Shown: positions 38,020-48,299 of the stretch, one piece after another
Layout of the letters: each line of letters opens with the position of its first letter
Position numbering within the stretch: the first letter of the stretch is position 1
NCBI GenBank assembly: GCA_965224085.1
Contig: CBDCYI010000004.1
Coordinates: 1,280,001 to 1,344,000, forward strand
Direction: 5' to 3'
DNA length: 64,000 bases
DNA from: Candidatus Marinacidobacterales bacterium
GTDB taxonomy: Bacteria; Acidobacteriota; Vicinamibacteria; Marinacidobacterales; SMYC01
Translations under genes and position numbers: made by a program
The notes under the pieces: model-generated
What the model was told of the DNA's origin: nothing
Databases searched by the model: none
The model's input: the letters and a program-made list of their open reading frames with translations, nothing else

Positions 38020-39479
38020 CGGCCTACCCCGTACTCACCGTCGCGACTTTCCTCCCAGTGGTGGGTGCTGCTCTTGTGCTTCTCGGCGGCGAGCAGCGCG
38101 CGCGCTTCATTGCGCTGGCCACTGCCTTTATGACTCTGGCAGCCTCGGCCCCCCTCTACCTGAATTTCGACAAGGCCTCGAGCGGTCTACAGTTCGCAGA
38201 GACGCGAGAGTGGATCCCGTCCTGGGGCATCACTTACGGCATGGGCGTGGATGGCATCAGCGTGCTGTTCATCTTCCTCGCTTCAGTCTTGATCGTCTTG
38301 TGCATCGGAGCCTCTTGGATTGCGGTTGGCACCAGAGCGCGGGAGTTCTACGCTGCCTTGCTGGTCGCGGAAACGGCGATGATCGGGCTCTTTGCCGCAT
38401 CCAACCTGTTTCTCTTTTTCATTTTCTGGGAGCTCATCGTCGTTCCCCTCTTTCTGCTGATCGGCATCTGGGGAGGGGAAAAGCGCGTCTACGCCTCCGT
38501 CAAGTTCCTGATCTTCACGCTAACGGGTAGCGTCTTGATGCTGGTGGGCATGATGGCGCTCTACAACCTTTGCGGCACGATGGACTTCAAGGCCCTCACT
38601 CTCGCCCGAGCGAGCCTTGAGCCGCATCATCAGGCCTGGCTCTTTGCAGCTTTTCTAGCTGCCTTCGCCGTCAAAGTGCCCATGTTCCCGGTGCACACTT
38701 GGCTACCGGACGCCCACACCGAAGCGCCCACGGCAGGCAGTGTCATCCTGGCCGGAATCCTCCTCAAGATGGGCGCCTACGGTTTCTTGCGGGTCTCCAT
38801 TCCGATTCTTCCAGACGGCGTCGAGTTCTTTGTAAAACCCATGCTCGCCATCTCCGCAGTAGCCATCGTCTACGGCGCCTACGTGACGTTGGTTCAGAAG
38901 GACATCAAGCGCCTCGTCGCCTATTCCAGCGTCAGCCACATGGGCTTCGTGACTCTCGGCATCTTCACTCTCGACGAGCGAGGAGTCGAGGGCGGGATCC
39001 TCCAGATGATCAATCACGGAATCGTCACCTCGGCGCTCTTTCTGTGCGTTGGCATGATCTACGAACGCACCCACACGAGAGAGATCAAGGACTATGGTGG
39101 CGTTTTTAAGGTCGCGCCGGTCTACGCGGCATTCTTCGCGCTGTTTTGTTTGGCTGCTGCGGGATTCCCGGGTCTGAATTCTTTCGTGGGGGAGTTCCTG
39201 ATCGTCGGTAGCGCCTTCGAGACCCAGGCTTGGCTCGGCGCGATGGCGATCTGGGGCGTAGCCCTGGGGACCACCTACCTGGTCTGGCTCTACTACCGCG
39301 TGGTGATGGGTGAGACCAACGCGGGGTTGCACGGGCTCGAGCTCGAGCTCAACCCACGCGAGGTGGCAACGCTTTTGCCACTGGCCATCCTCACTGTGAC
39401 TCTCGGTCTCTATCCTGAGCTCGTCCTCTCCTATCTTCGTGCTCCCGTGGCCGAGCTCCTAGCCGGAGTCGTGCCATGA
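38016..39479 (+). CDS. nuoM: NADH-quinone oxidoreductase subunit M
   Basis: GVDGIS, KVPMFPVHTWLPDAHTEAPT, YSSVSHMG. Confidence 0.95.
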   Translation: MTAYPVLTVATFLPVVGAALVLLGGEQRARFIALATAFMTLAASAPLYLNFDKASSGLQFAETREWIPSWGITYGMGVDGISVLFIFLASVLIVLCIGASWIAVGTRAREFYAALLVAETAMIGLFAASNLFLFFIFWELIVVPLFLLIGIWGGEKRVYASVKFLIFTLTGSVLMLVGMMALYNLCGTMDFKALTLARASLEPHHQAWLFAAFLAAFAVKVPMFPVHTWLPDAHTEAPTAGSVILAGILLKMGAYGFLRVSIPILPDGVEFFVKPMLAISAVAIVYGAYVTLVQKDIKRLVAYSSVSHMGFVTLGIFTLDERGVEGGILQMINHGIVTSALFLCVGMIYERTHTREIKDYGGVFKVAPVYAAFFALFCLAAAGFPGLNSFVGEFLIVGSAFETQAWLGAMAIWGVALGTTYLVWLYYRVVMGETNAGLHGLELELNPREVATLLPLAILTVTLGLYPELVLSYLRAPVAELLAGVVP

Positions 39480-40915
39480 GAAGTGTCACCGTCTCTGACC
39501 TGGCCCTCGTCATACCGGAGCTGATCCTGATCGGCACGGCGCTAGCGCTCATTCTTTTCGCGCCTCGCATCCGGCAAGGAACCACCGCCGCCGTCGCGAC
39601 GGTTCTAGCAGCGCTCACCGCCGCTCTGGCCTCGGCCGGGGTCCTGCGTTCGGACACCGTAACAGGCTTCGGAGGAATGATCACCCAGGATGGCTATTCC
39701 GTATTCTTCAAGATTCTGATCGCCTCCGCCTTGGCTCTAGCCGCGCTTCTCTCAGTGCGAAGCACCAAGGAAGACGAAGACGAGGACGAGGACGAGGTTC
39801 CGCGCGGCGAGTATCACGCCCTGCTGCTCCTCGCTTCGACAGGAATGATGCTCGCGGTCTCTACCGTGGATCTGCTGACCCTCTACCTGGGCCTGGAGTT
39901 GATGACCATCTGCTCCTACATCCTCGTGGGGATCCACGTGCAGAGACCGACATCGAACGAGGCGGCGATCAAGTACTTCCTCGTGGCTTCCTTCTCCTCG
40001 GCCCTGCTCCTCTTCGGCATCAGCCTGACCTACGGTTTCGCGGGCAGTACCGACTTCGCCGCCGTGGCGTCGGCCTTTGCTGAGCACGGCACGGCGACAA
40101 GCCCGCTTCTCTTGGCGGCCATCTTGCTGGTGCTGGGTGGCCTGGCCTTCAAGATCGCGGCAGCCCCGTTTCACTCCTGGGCGCCGGACGCGTACCAGGG
40201 TGCGAGCGCACCAGTCGCCGCCTTCTTGGCAGCCGGATCCAAGGCGGCGGGCCTTGCAGCTCTGGGACGCGTGACACTGGTCGCGTACGGCTCGGCGGCC
40301 GAGGTCCTGTCGATGCTTCTGGCCGGTCTCGCCGCTCTCTCCATTGTGGTTGGCAGCATCACCTTGTTGGCGCAGACCGACATGAAACGCCTCTTGGCCT
40401 ACTCCTCCATCGCGCATGCAGGCTACGCCATCCTGGGCCTCATCGCCGGCACTCCCGAAGGGGCGTCGGCGACGATGACTTACGCGTTCTTTTATGTGTT
40501 CATGACTCTAGGCGCCTTTGGCATTGTGATCGCCCTTGGCGAGCGGGGAGCTACCCTCGATGGCTATCGGGGCCTGGCCGCACAGCGGCCCGTCGCGGCC
40601 TCGCTCATGCTGCTCTTCCTATTGTCATTGACGGGGTTCCCTCCAACCGCCGGTTTCGTCGCCAAGTTCGTCGTCATCCTGAGCGCCGTGCGCGCCGGGC
40701 ACGTAGCACTCGCGGTGCTGGCCGTGGCCTGCAGTGTGATATCGGCCTTCGTCTACATGCGCGTGGCCGTGTACATGTTCATGAGGGAGTCCGAGGAGCC
40801 CGCACCGTCACGCTGGCCGGTGGCGGTGTCCGCGGCACTCACGGTGGCCGCGCTGGTCACTCTGATCGGCGGCATCTCACCCGCCACTCTCATGTCCTGG
40901 GCGGTGTCGCCATGA
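39476..40915 (+). CDS. nuoN: NADH-quinone oxidoreductase subunit N
   Basis: SNEAAIKYF, FKIAAAPFHSWAPDAYQGA, KRLLAYSSIAHAGY. Confidence 0.95.
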   Translation: MRSVTVSDLALVIPELILIGTALALILFAPRIRQGTTAAVATVLAALTAALASAGVLRSDTVTGFGGMITQDGYSVFFKILIASALALAALLSVRSTKEDEDEDEDEVPRGEYHALLLLASTGMMLAVSTVDLLTLYLGLELMTICSYILVGIHVQRPTSNEAAIKYFLVASFSSALLLFGISLTYGFAGSTDFAAVASAFAEHGTATSPLLLAAILLVLGGLAFKIAAAPFHSWAPDAYQGASAPVAAFLAAGSKAAGLAALGRVTLVAYGSAAEVLSMLLAGLAALSIVVGSITLLAQTDMKRLLAYSSIAHAGYAILGLIAGTPEGASATMTYAFFYVFMTLGAFGIVIALGERGATLDGYRGLAAQRPVAASLMLLFLLSLTGFPPTAGFVAKFVVILSAVRAGHVALAVLAVACSVISAFVYMRVAVYMFMRESEEPAPSRWPVAVSAALTVAALVTLIGGISPATLMSWAVSP

Positions 40916-40955
40916 ATATCGGCCGTCCTGTATATTGGCATCGAGGCAATCACCA

Positions 40956-41309
40956 GTGACCGAATATATCGGAATCGCAGTGAGCATCGTCATGGCCGCA
41001 GGGATCACGGGGATGTTGGTGCTTCTGGGCTCTACGCTTGGGAAAAAGAATCCGAGCGCCGTCAAGCTGGCGCCGTTCGAGTGCGGCCAACAACCCTTCT
41101 CCCTGCCGATGGGCAGGTTGGTGATCAAGTTCTATCTCGTCGCGATCCTGTTCATCCTGTTCGACGTCGAGCTCGTCTTTCTCTACCCGTGGGCGGTCGT
41201 GTACCGCACGCTCGGGACCTTGGGCCTGGTCGAGATGGGAGTTTTTCTCGGGGTGCTGATGGTGGGCTTTGTCTACGCGTGGGCCAACGGTGCCCTAGAT
41301 TGGAAATGA
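40956..41309 (+). CDS. nuoA: NADH-quinone oxidoreductase subunit A
   Basis: PFECG, FILFDVELVFLYPWA, GALDW. Confidence 0.95.
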   Translation: MTEYIGIAVSIVMAAGITGMLVLLGSTLGKKNPSAVKLAPFECGQQPFSLPMGRLVIKFYLVAILFILFDVELVFLYPWAVVYRTLGTLGLVEMGVFLGVLMVGFVYAWANGALDWK

Positions 41310-41318
41310 AGACTGGAA

Positions 41319-41843
41319 GTGAATATGCCGGAAATGCCGTCTTTTCTCACAAGTCGACTCGATGAAGCCCTGGGCTGGGCTCGGAAGTTCTCGATTTTCC
41401 AATACCCGTTCGTGACGGCTTGCTGCGGGATGGAGTACATGGCAACGGCCTGCTCTCACTACGATGTCGACCGCTTCGGAGCCGGCCTCCCCAGATTCTC
41501 GCCGCGCCAGTCCGACGTTCTCTTCGTGGTCGGTACGATCAGTCACAAGATGGCTCCGGTCTTGGTGCGCATCCATGAGCAGATGGCCGAGCCCAAGTGG
41601 GTGGTCGCCTTCGGCGTCTGCACCTGCACGGGCGGTTTCTACGACAACTACGCGACCGTGATGGGCATCGATACGGTCATGCCGGTGGACGTCTACATAC
41701 CAGGATGCCCGCCGCGGCCGGAGATGGTCCTCGACGGCCTGATGAAGCTCCAGAACAAGATCCAGAACGAGCGCACGAGCGGCAAGCGGCCGACGCCCGA
41801 AGAGCGCCCGGAGGAGCTATTGAAAGGGCGAATCGAGGTATGA
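41319..41843 (+). CDS. nuoB: NADH-quinone oxidoreductase subunit B
   Basis: TACCGME, SPRQSD, VDVYIPGCPPRPE. Confidence 0.95.
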   Translation: MNMPEMPSFLTSRLDEALGWARKFSIFQYPFVTACCGMEYMATACSHYDVDRFGAGLPRFSPRQSDVLFVVGTISHKMAPVLVRIHEQMAEPKWVVAFGVCTCTGGFYDNYATVMGIDTVMPVDVYIPGCPPRPEMVLDGLMKLQNKIQNERTSGKRPTPEERPEELLKGRIEV

Positions 41844-42424
41844 ATACCTCTTCCCTGATCGAGTCGGTGACCAAGCGCTTTCCCGATGGCGTGTCGGCTT
41901 CCCACAACTACCGGGGCGACGCGACCGTCGTTGTGCGGCCGGGCTCGCTTCTCGACGTGGCTCGCTTCCTCAAGGAAGACCCGGACTTCTCGATGAACTT
42001 CCTCGTGGACGTGACCGCCGTCGACTACTCGGCTTTCGGCAAAGCGCCGGCTCCAGCTTTCTTCGCCTCCTCCGGAGTAGCCGTGACACCCATGTCTCAG
42101 ATTCCGGATCTCGACCCGTGGCCCGGGCCGCCGGACAAAGCGCGCTTCGTGGTCGTCTACCACTTCTACTCGATGGCCAAAAAGCACCGGCTACGACTGC
42201 AGATTCTGATAGAAGACGAAACCTCCCCGGAGGTGGATTCTCTGACGTCGCTCTGGCCCGGAGCCAACTGGCTGGAGCGCGAGGTCTGGGACATGTTCGG
42301 GATCGGTTTTCGCGGGCATCCCGACCTCAAGCGCATCCTCATGTACGAAGAGTTCGAAGGCCACCCGCTGCGCAAGGACTATCCCGTCAGCAAGCGCCAG
42401 CCCCTAATAGGACCCGTCAACTAG
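41840..42424 (+). CDS. nuoC: NADH-quinone oxidoreductase subunit C
   Basis: WLEREVWDMFGI, GHPLRKDYP. Confidence 0.95.
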   Translation: MNTSSLIESVTKRFPDGVSASHNYRGDATVVVRPGSLLDVARFLKEDPDFSMNFLVDVTAVDYSAFGKAPAPAFFASSGVAVTPMSQIPDLDPWPGPPDKARFVVVYHFYSMAKKHRLRLQILIEDETSPEVDSLTSLWPGANWLEREVWDMFGIGFRGHPDLKRILMYEEFEGHPLRKDYPVSKRQPLIGPVN

Positions 42425-42426
42425 AC

Positions 42427-43785
42427 ATGACCACGCACACGACTCCCAACAAGGCCGCGCGTCTCGAAACACGGGAAATGATGCTCAACATCGGTCCCGC
42501 ACATCCGGCCATGCACGGCATCGTCCGTCTCGTGACCAGGCTCGAGGGCGAGGAGATAAGAGGGGCCGAAGTGGAGATTGGCTACCTCCACCGCGGCTTC
42601 GAGAAGATGGCGGAAACCGTCGACTATAACGGCGTCATGCCCTACACCGACCGGCTCAACTATGTATCGCCGCTGATCAATAACATGGGCTACTGCATGA
42701 CGATGGAGAAGCTCTTGGGGATCGAAGTCCCTGAGCGCTGCCACTACATTCGGGTCATTCTTTCGGAGATCTCGCGGATCGGGGACCATCTCACCTGCGT
42801 GGGTGCGACCGCCATGGAGCTCGGGGCGTTCACTGTCTTTCTCTACATGATCAAGGCCCGGGAATACCTCTGGGATCTCGTGGAGAAGGTGACCGGGGCA
42901 AGGATGACCGTGAGCTACTGCCGCGTCGGCGGCGTAAAGGCAGACCTGCAGGACGATTTCGCCGAGCCCTGCAAAAAGGCGTTCGTGGAGACCCGCAAAG
43001 TCCTTGAGGAAACGCACGGGCTCTTGACGCGCAACCGCATCTTCACCGATCGTATGAACGGCACCGGGGTGATTTCCGCCGAAGACGCCATCTCTTACGG
43101 GATCACGGGCCCCTTCCTTCGCGCCACCGGCGCGGAGTACGACGTCCGCAAAGACTGCCCGTACGCTGTCTACGATCGCCTGCCCTTCGACGTGCCGGTA
43201 GGGACCCGAGGCGACAACATGGATCGCTACCTCGTCCGCATGGAAGAGATGGAGCAGTCGATACGCATCGTGGAGGCCGCTCTTCGCGACCTGCCACCTG
43301 GACCGGTGCTGACCAACCCGGAAACCGGGCGCCCGATCCCCGCCGCCGAGATGGTCGACCTCGCCAAGGTGGGGAACATCGACGCCATCTCGGGCGGTTG
43401 CGCCGTCGCCGGTCCGACGCTCGAAGGTTCCGGTCGGGCTCAGCATCCGTCGATTGCAGCGGACCAGAAACAAGTCTTCCTGCCGGCAAAGGAGGACACC
43501 TACGGGAACATCGAAGGGCTGATGCAGAATTTCAAGCTGGTCATGTACGGCCACGGCGTGCGGGCGCCGAAGGGTGAGGTCTATTTCCCGGTGGAAGGGG
43601 CCAATGGGGAGCTGGGGTTTTACGTCGTGAGTGACGGAAGCGGAGGGCCCTACCGATTGCGTTGTCGCCCGCCCTGCTTCGCCATCATGTCGGCGCTGCC
43701 CATACTCCTCGAGGGGGACATGGTGTCCGACCTCATTCCTACTTTCGGCTCAGTGAACATGATCGGTGGGGAGCTCGACCGTTGA
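42427..43785 (+). CDS. nuoD: NADH-quinone oxidoreductase subunit D
   Basis: NIGPAHPAMHG, GYLHRGFEK, DRLNY, GGELDR. Confidence 0.95.
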   Translation: MTTHTTPNKAARLETREMMLNIGPAHPAMHGIVRLVTRLEGEEIRGAEVEIGYLHRGFEKMAETVDYNGVMPYTDRLNYVSPLINNMGYCMTMEKLLGIEVPERCHYIRVILSEISRIGDHLTCVGATAMELGAFTVFLYMIKAREYLWDLVEKVTGARMTVSYCRVGGVKADLQDDFAEPCKKAFVETRKVLEETHGLLTRNRIFTDRMNGTGVISAEDAISYGITGPFLRATGAEYDVRKDCPYAVYDRLPFDVPVGTRGDNMDRYLVRMEEMEQSIRIVEAALRDLPPGPVLTNPETGRPIPAAEMVDLAKVGNIDAISGGCAVAGPTLEGSGRAQHPSIAADQKQVFLPAKEDTYGNIEGLMQNFKLVMYGHGVRAPKGEVYFPVEGANGELGFYVVSDGSGGPYRLRCRPPCFAIMSALPILLEGDMVSDLIPTFGSVNMIGGELDR

Positions 43786-45575
43786 AACTGTCTGATCTCG
43801 AAGGCAAAGCTGCGGAGATTCTCGAGCGCTACGAGTACCCCAAGGCGGCCATGCTGCCTCTCTTGTGGCTCGTTCAAGAGCATCAAGGCTACGTCGCACC
43901 GGACGCAGAGGACTGGGTCGCAGGTATCTTGGGAGTGTCCCGCTCCAAGGTGCGCGAGGCCGTCTCCTTCTACAACATGTTCCACACCAAGCCGGTGGGC
44001 CGGCGCGAGCTCCGCGTCTGCACGAGCTTGCCGTGCATGCTGCGCGGCTCCGGCAATCTGCTCAATCGAATCGAGAAAGCGTTGAACATCCGCCCCGGCG
44101 AGACCACCCCTGGGGGCGAGGTGACCCTCACCGAAGTCGAGTGCTTGTGCGCCTGCGAAATGTCGCCCATGGCTCAACTCGACGAACGCTTCGTCGGTCC
44201 TCTCGAAGGCGAAACGGTCGGCATGATCGTCCACGACGCGCTGACAGAGCCCGCTAGCCCGGAGTCGACCCCGGAGCCCACGCCCTACATCTCTACGGAT
44301 GGGCCGGTGCTTTCTCTGCACTTCGAGAATCCCGATGGGACATGGATGGATAGCTACGTGGCCGATGGCGGGTACGTCGCGGCCAAGAAGGCACTCACCT
44401 CGTTGACGCCGAAGCAGGTGACCGACGAGGTTCTTGGTGCCAATCTACGCGGACTGGGCGGCGCAGGGTTCCCCACCGGTAGGAAGTGGTCGTTCATCCC
44501 CGCGGACACGGACAAGCCAAAATACCTCGTTGTCAACGCCGACGAGGGCGAGCCCGGTACCTTCAAGGACCGCTACCTCATGGAGCGCGACCCACACGCG
44601 CTGCTCGAAGGCATGCTTATCGCCGCTTACGCCATCGACTGTCACAAAGCCTATGTCTATATCCGCGGTGAGTACTTCCGATCGGCACATCGCCTACAGC
44701 GCGCCATCGACGAGGCCCACGAAAGCGGCTGGCTTGGCAAGGACATAAAGGGGACGGGTTTCGATCTGGATGTCGTCATCCACCGCGGCGCGGGGGCGTA
44801 CATTTGCGGCGAAGAGACGGCGCTTCTGACCTCGCTCGAAGGGGGGAAGGGCTTTCCACGGCTCAAGCCCCCCTTCCCTGCGATCTCGGGTCTCTTCTCC
44901 TGCCCTACGATCGTTAATAATGTTGAGACCCTGTGCTGTGTGCCGTTCATTCTGCGCCAAGGAGTCGATCGATTCAAGGAGATCGGCACCGAGACTCAGG
45001 GCGGCACGCGTCTGTTCTGCGTCAGCGGGCACGTGGTCACGCCCGGCGTCTACGAGGCGCCGGTCTCTATCACACTACGAGAGCTGATCGAGAGGGCCGG
45101 TGGTATCCGCGACGGCAACCAGCTCAAGGCCGTTATCCCCGGAGGCATCTCGGCCAAGATCCTGACCGCCGATGAGATCGACGTTGCCATGGACTTCGAT
45201 TCCCTCCGCGCCGCAGGCACCATGGCCGGGTCCGGAGGTGTCATCGTCATGGACGATACCACGTGCATGGTGGAGGCGCTGGCGTCGGCCGCCAAGTTCT
45301 TCGCGGACGAGTCGTGCGGACAGTGCTCGCCGTGCCGTGAAGGAACCGGCTGGGTACTTCGTATCGTGCACCGCATCCTCGAAGCGCGGGGGAAGGTTCA
45401 GGACCTGGATGACCTGCTCGCCATCGCCGGCGACATGGAAGGAAAGACCATCTGCGTTTTCGCGGATGCGGCCGCATGGCCGGTGCAATCCTACATCGTG
45501 AAATTCCGGAGCGAGTTCGAGGAGTACATCCGCACGGAGCGTTCCATCCGAAGCACCCAGGCCGCCCATGCCTAG
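43782..45575 (+). CDS. nuoEF: Fused NADH-quinone oxidoreductase subunits E-F
   Basis: NuoE VCTSLPC/ECLCAC followed in frame by NuoF GLGGAGFPTG, NADEGEPG, YICGEETA, CGQCSPCREG. Confidence 0.92.
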   Translation: MKLSDLEGKAAEILERYEYPKAAMLPLLWLVQEHQGYVAPDAEDWVAGILGVSRSKVREAVSFYNMFHTKPVGRRELRVCTSLPCMLRGSGNLLNRIEKALNIRPGETTPGGEVTLTEVECLCACEMSPMAQLDERFVGPLEGETVGMIVHDALTEPASPESTPEPTPYISTDGPVLSLHFENPDGTWMDSYVADGGYVAAKKALTSLTPKQVTDEVLGANLRGLGGAGFPTGRKWSFIPADTDKPKYLVVNADEGEPGTFKDRYLMERDPHALLEGMLIAAYAIDCHKAYVYIRGEYFRSAHRLQRAIDEAHESGWLGKDIKGTGFDLDVVIHRGAGAYICGEETALLTSLEGGKGFPRLKPPFPAISGLFSCPTIVNNVETLCCVPFILRQGVDRFKEIGTETQGGTRLFCVSGHVVTPGVYEAPVSITLRELIERAGGIRDGNQLKAVIPGGISAKILTADEIDVAMDFDSLRAAGTMAGSGGVIVMDDTTCMVEALASAAKFFADESCGQCSPCREGTGWVLRIVHRILEARGKVQDLDDLLAIAGDMEGKTICVFADAAAWPVQSYIVKFRSEFEEYIRTERSIRSTQAAHA

Positions 45576-47208
45576 CCTGAGCCGCTTGACCATTGACGGC
45601 CGCGAGATCACCGTTCCCGAAGGAACCACGGTCATCCAGGCGGCGGAGCAGCTCGGGATCTTCATTCCTCGCTACTGCTACCACCCCGGCCTATCGATCG
45701 CCGGCAACTGCCGCATCTGTCTCGTCGAAGTCGAGAAATCCCCCAAGCTGGAGATCGCCTGCAACCTGGCGGTTCGGGAGGGGATGGTCGTGCACACCCA
45801 GAGCGACGAGGCCGAGGACGGGCGCCGGTCCGTGCTGGAGTTTCTCCTCGCCAACCACCCGCTCGACTGCCCGGTCTGCGACCAGTCCGGTGAATGCGAC
45901 CTGCAGAACTTCTACATGAACTTCGGGCTCTACGACCCGAGGTTCCGGGAGCAGAAGGTCAAGAAGAAAAAGGCCGTGGAGCTAGGCCCCCATGTGATGC
46001 TTGACCAGGAGCGCTGTATCCTGTGCTCCCGCTGTGTGCGCTTCACAGACGAGATTACCGAGACCGGTGAGTTCGGCATCTTCAACCGCGGCGACCGGGC
46101 GGAGCTTGGGATCTATCCTGGTGAGGTGCTCGACAATCCCTACTCGGCGAACGTGGTGGACATCTGTCCGGTCGGCGCCCTAACCGAGAAGGACTTCCGC
46201 TTCGCGGCCAGGGTCTGGTACCTGTCGAGCGCCCCAACCGTCTGCAACGGCTGCAGTCAAGGCTGCAACGTCGATCTACACTTCGTGCTCGACAGGCCTC
46301 ATCTGAACGACGGGGCTAGGCTCGTGCGCATCAAGCCCCGCTACAACCCGGACGTCAACCAATGGTGGTTGTGCGACGAGGGGCGCTACGGCTTCGGCTG
46401 GCTGGATCAGGCACGGATCACGAAAGTGCGGCAGGGGCCGGCGGCGGACGGAGCGAACGGAGATGCAACCTGGGAGCAGGCCCTCACCGCAATCTCGATG
46501 ACCCTGGCGGAGTTGGACAAGGGCCGGATCGCCGTGATGGCCTCGGCTCAGCTCACCAACGAAGAGCTCTTCCTGATCCGAGAGATTCTCCAGAATTCCC
46601 TGGGAGCCCGAGTCAGCGCCTCCGTTTCAGACAAGCCCGGCTCGGCCGACGACTTTCTCATCAAGGGCGACAAGAATCCCAACACTCGGGGAGCGACGCT
46701 GTTGGGTTTGGCCGGCCCCGAGGCACCGGATGCCGAACAGATCATGGACGAGGCCGCCTCTGGGAACCTCGGTGCCCTATGGGTCTTCGGGCACGATCTG
46801 GTGGAGCTCTTTGGCGAGGAAAGAGTTCGGGAGCTCGCAAAGAAAGTGGGTCTCTTCGTCTTGTCGGGCACCAACGACAACGCGACCGTGCCGTTCGCCC
46901 ATTGGGTACTGCCGAGCGCCGCCTACATGGAGAAGGATGGCACCTTCGTCAACTGTCACGGCCGCGTCCAGCGCATCGGCCGGGCCTTCGCACCTCTCGA
47001 GGACGCGCGTGAGGATTGGCGCGTTCTCCTGGATTTAGCCGGGCGGTTGGGTCAGTCGCTGAACTGGCGCGGACCGCAAGAGATCTTCGACGGCTTGGCC
47101 AAGGCGTCTAGCCTCTTCGGGGGATTGAGCTACGACGCCATCGGCGCGCAAGGGGCTGACATTACGACAGCCGCTCCCGCTACTGAGCTTGACGCGGTCG
47201 AGCCATGA
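45568..47208 (+). CDS. nuoG: NADH-quinone oxidoreductase subunit G (short form)
   Basis: GNCRIC, HPLDCPVCDQSGEC, RCILCSRC, CNGCSQGC. Confidence 0.92.
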   Translation: MPSLSRLTIDGREITVPEGTTVIQAAEQLGIFIPRYCYHPGLSIAGNCRICLVEVEKSPKLEIACNLAVREGMVVHTQSDEAEDGRRSVLEFLLANHPLDCPVCDQSGECDLQNFYMNFGLYDPRFREQKVKKKKAVELGPHVMLDQERCILCSRCVRFTDEITETGEFGIFNRGDRAELGIYPGEVLDNPYSANVVDICPVGALTEKDFRFAARVWYLSSAPTVCNGCSQGCNVDLHFVLDRPHLNDGARLVRIKPRYNPDVNQWWLCDEGRYGFGWLDQARITKVRQGPAADGANGDATWEQALTAISMTLAELDKGRIAVMASAQLTNEELFLIREILQNSLGARVSASVSDKPGSADDFLIKGDKNPNTRGATLLGLAGPEAPDAEQIMDEAASGNLGALWVFGHDLVELFGEERVRELAKKVGLFVLSGTNDNATVPFAHWVLPSAAYMEKDGTFVNCHGRVQRIGRAFAPLEDAREDWRVLLDLAGRLGQSLNWRGPQEIFDGLAKASSLFGGLSYDAIGAQGADITTAAPATELDAVEP

Positions 47209-48299
47209 TCGAAATCCTGGCCATAAAGGTCGCTCTGGCGGGAATGGTCTTTCTCGCGGTCCTGAATCTGGCCGGGTTTCATACCTGGGTGGAGCGCAAG
47301 CAGTCAGCCCTCATCCAGGACCGCATCGGGGCCAACCGCGCTAGCATCTTTGGCTTTCGGGCGCTGGGACTCTTCCATGGCCTCGCCGATCCGATCAAGA
47401 TGTTCACCAAGGAGGACATCGTCCCGACCGGAGCGGACAAGGTCCTCCATACTCTGGCCCCGTTCTTCTCGGTCTTTTTCGCCTTGGTGACCTTTGCCGC
47501 GATTCCCTTCGGTGACCAGCTCATCCTTTTCGACCGCGTCATCGACCTGCAGGTGGCTAAAATCAACGCGGCGCTGCTCTACGTCTTCGCCATGCTCTCC
47601 CTCGGAGTCTACGGCGTGATCCTCGCCGGCTTCGCTTCGCGCAACAACTACGCGATCATGGGCGGGCTGAGAGCAACCGCGCAGATGATCTCGTATGAGA
47701 TTGCTCTGGGCATCTCCATCGTCGGCGTGATCATGGTCTACGGGACCATGGACCTGGCCGAGCTGGTGCGGGCCCAGGGATACATGATCGGCGGGTGGAT
47801 CCCGATGTGGGGAATCGTCACCCAGCCTGTCGCTTTCATCGTCTTTTTGACCGCGGCCCTCGCTGAGACCAAAAGAGTCCCCTTCGACCTACCGGAAGCA
47901 GAGTCGGAGATCATCGGGTACTTCGTCGAGTACAGCGGCATGAAGTTCGGAATGTTCTTCCTCACCGATTTCCTCGAGACCATCGTGGTGGCGTGCCTCG
48001 CAACGACCCTCTTCTTCGGCGGATGGCAAGTGCCCTTCCTCTTGCCGGACGGCTTCCACTTCCCCTGGGGAGGAGAGCTCCAGCTCGCCAACTGGTTCTA
48101 CGCGCTCCTCGGAGTGACGAGCTTCTCGATCAAGGTCTTGATCTTCTGCTTCGTGTTCATGCAGATACGATGGACCCTGCCGCGCTTCCGCTACGATCAG
48201 CTCATGAGCCTCGGCTGGAAAGGGCTCTTCCCGATCGCAGTGGCCAACACCGCGCTCACCGCAGTCGTGCTAGTTATCTTCTTCGGGGAGAGCACCTGA
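47205..48299 (+). CDS. nuoH: NADH-quinone oxidoreductase subunit H
   Basis: ERKQSALIQDRIG, AQMISYE, PFDLPEAESE, PRFRYDQLM. Confidence 0.95.
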   Translation: MIEILAIKVALAGMVFLAVLNLAGFHTWVERKQSALIQDRIGANRASIFGFRALGLFHGLADPIKMFTKEDIVPTGADKVLHTLAPFFSVFFALVTFAAIPFGDQLILFDRVIDLQVAKINAALLYVFAMLSLGVYGVILAGFASRNNYAIMGGLRATAQMISYEIALGISIVGVIMVYGTMDLAELVRAQGYMIGGWIPMWGIVTQPVAFIVFLTAALAETKRVPFDLPEAESEIIGYFVEYSGMKFGMFFLTDFLETIVVACLATTLFFGGWQVPFLLPDGFHFPWGGELQLANWFYALLGVTSFSIKVLIFCFVFMQIRWTLPRFRYDQLMSLGWKGLFPIAVANTALTAVVLVIFFGEST

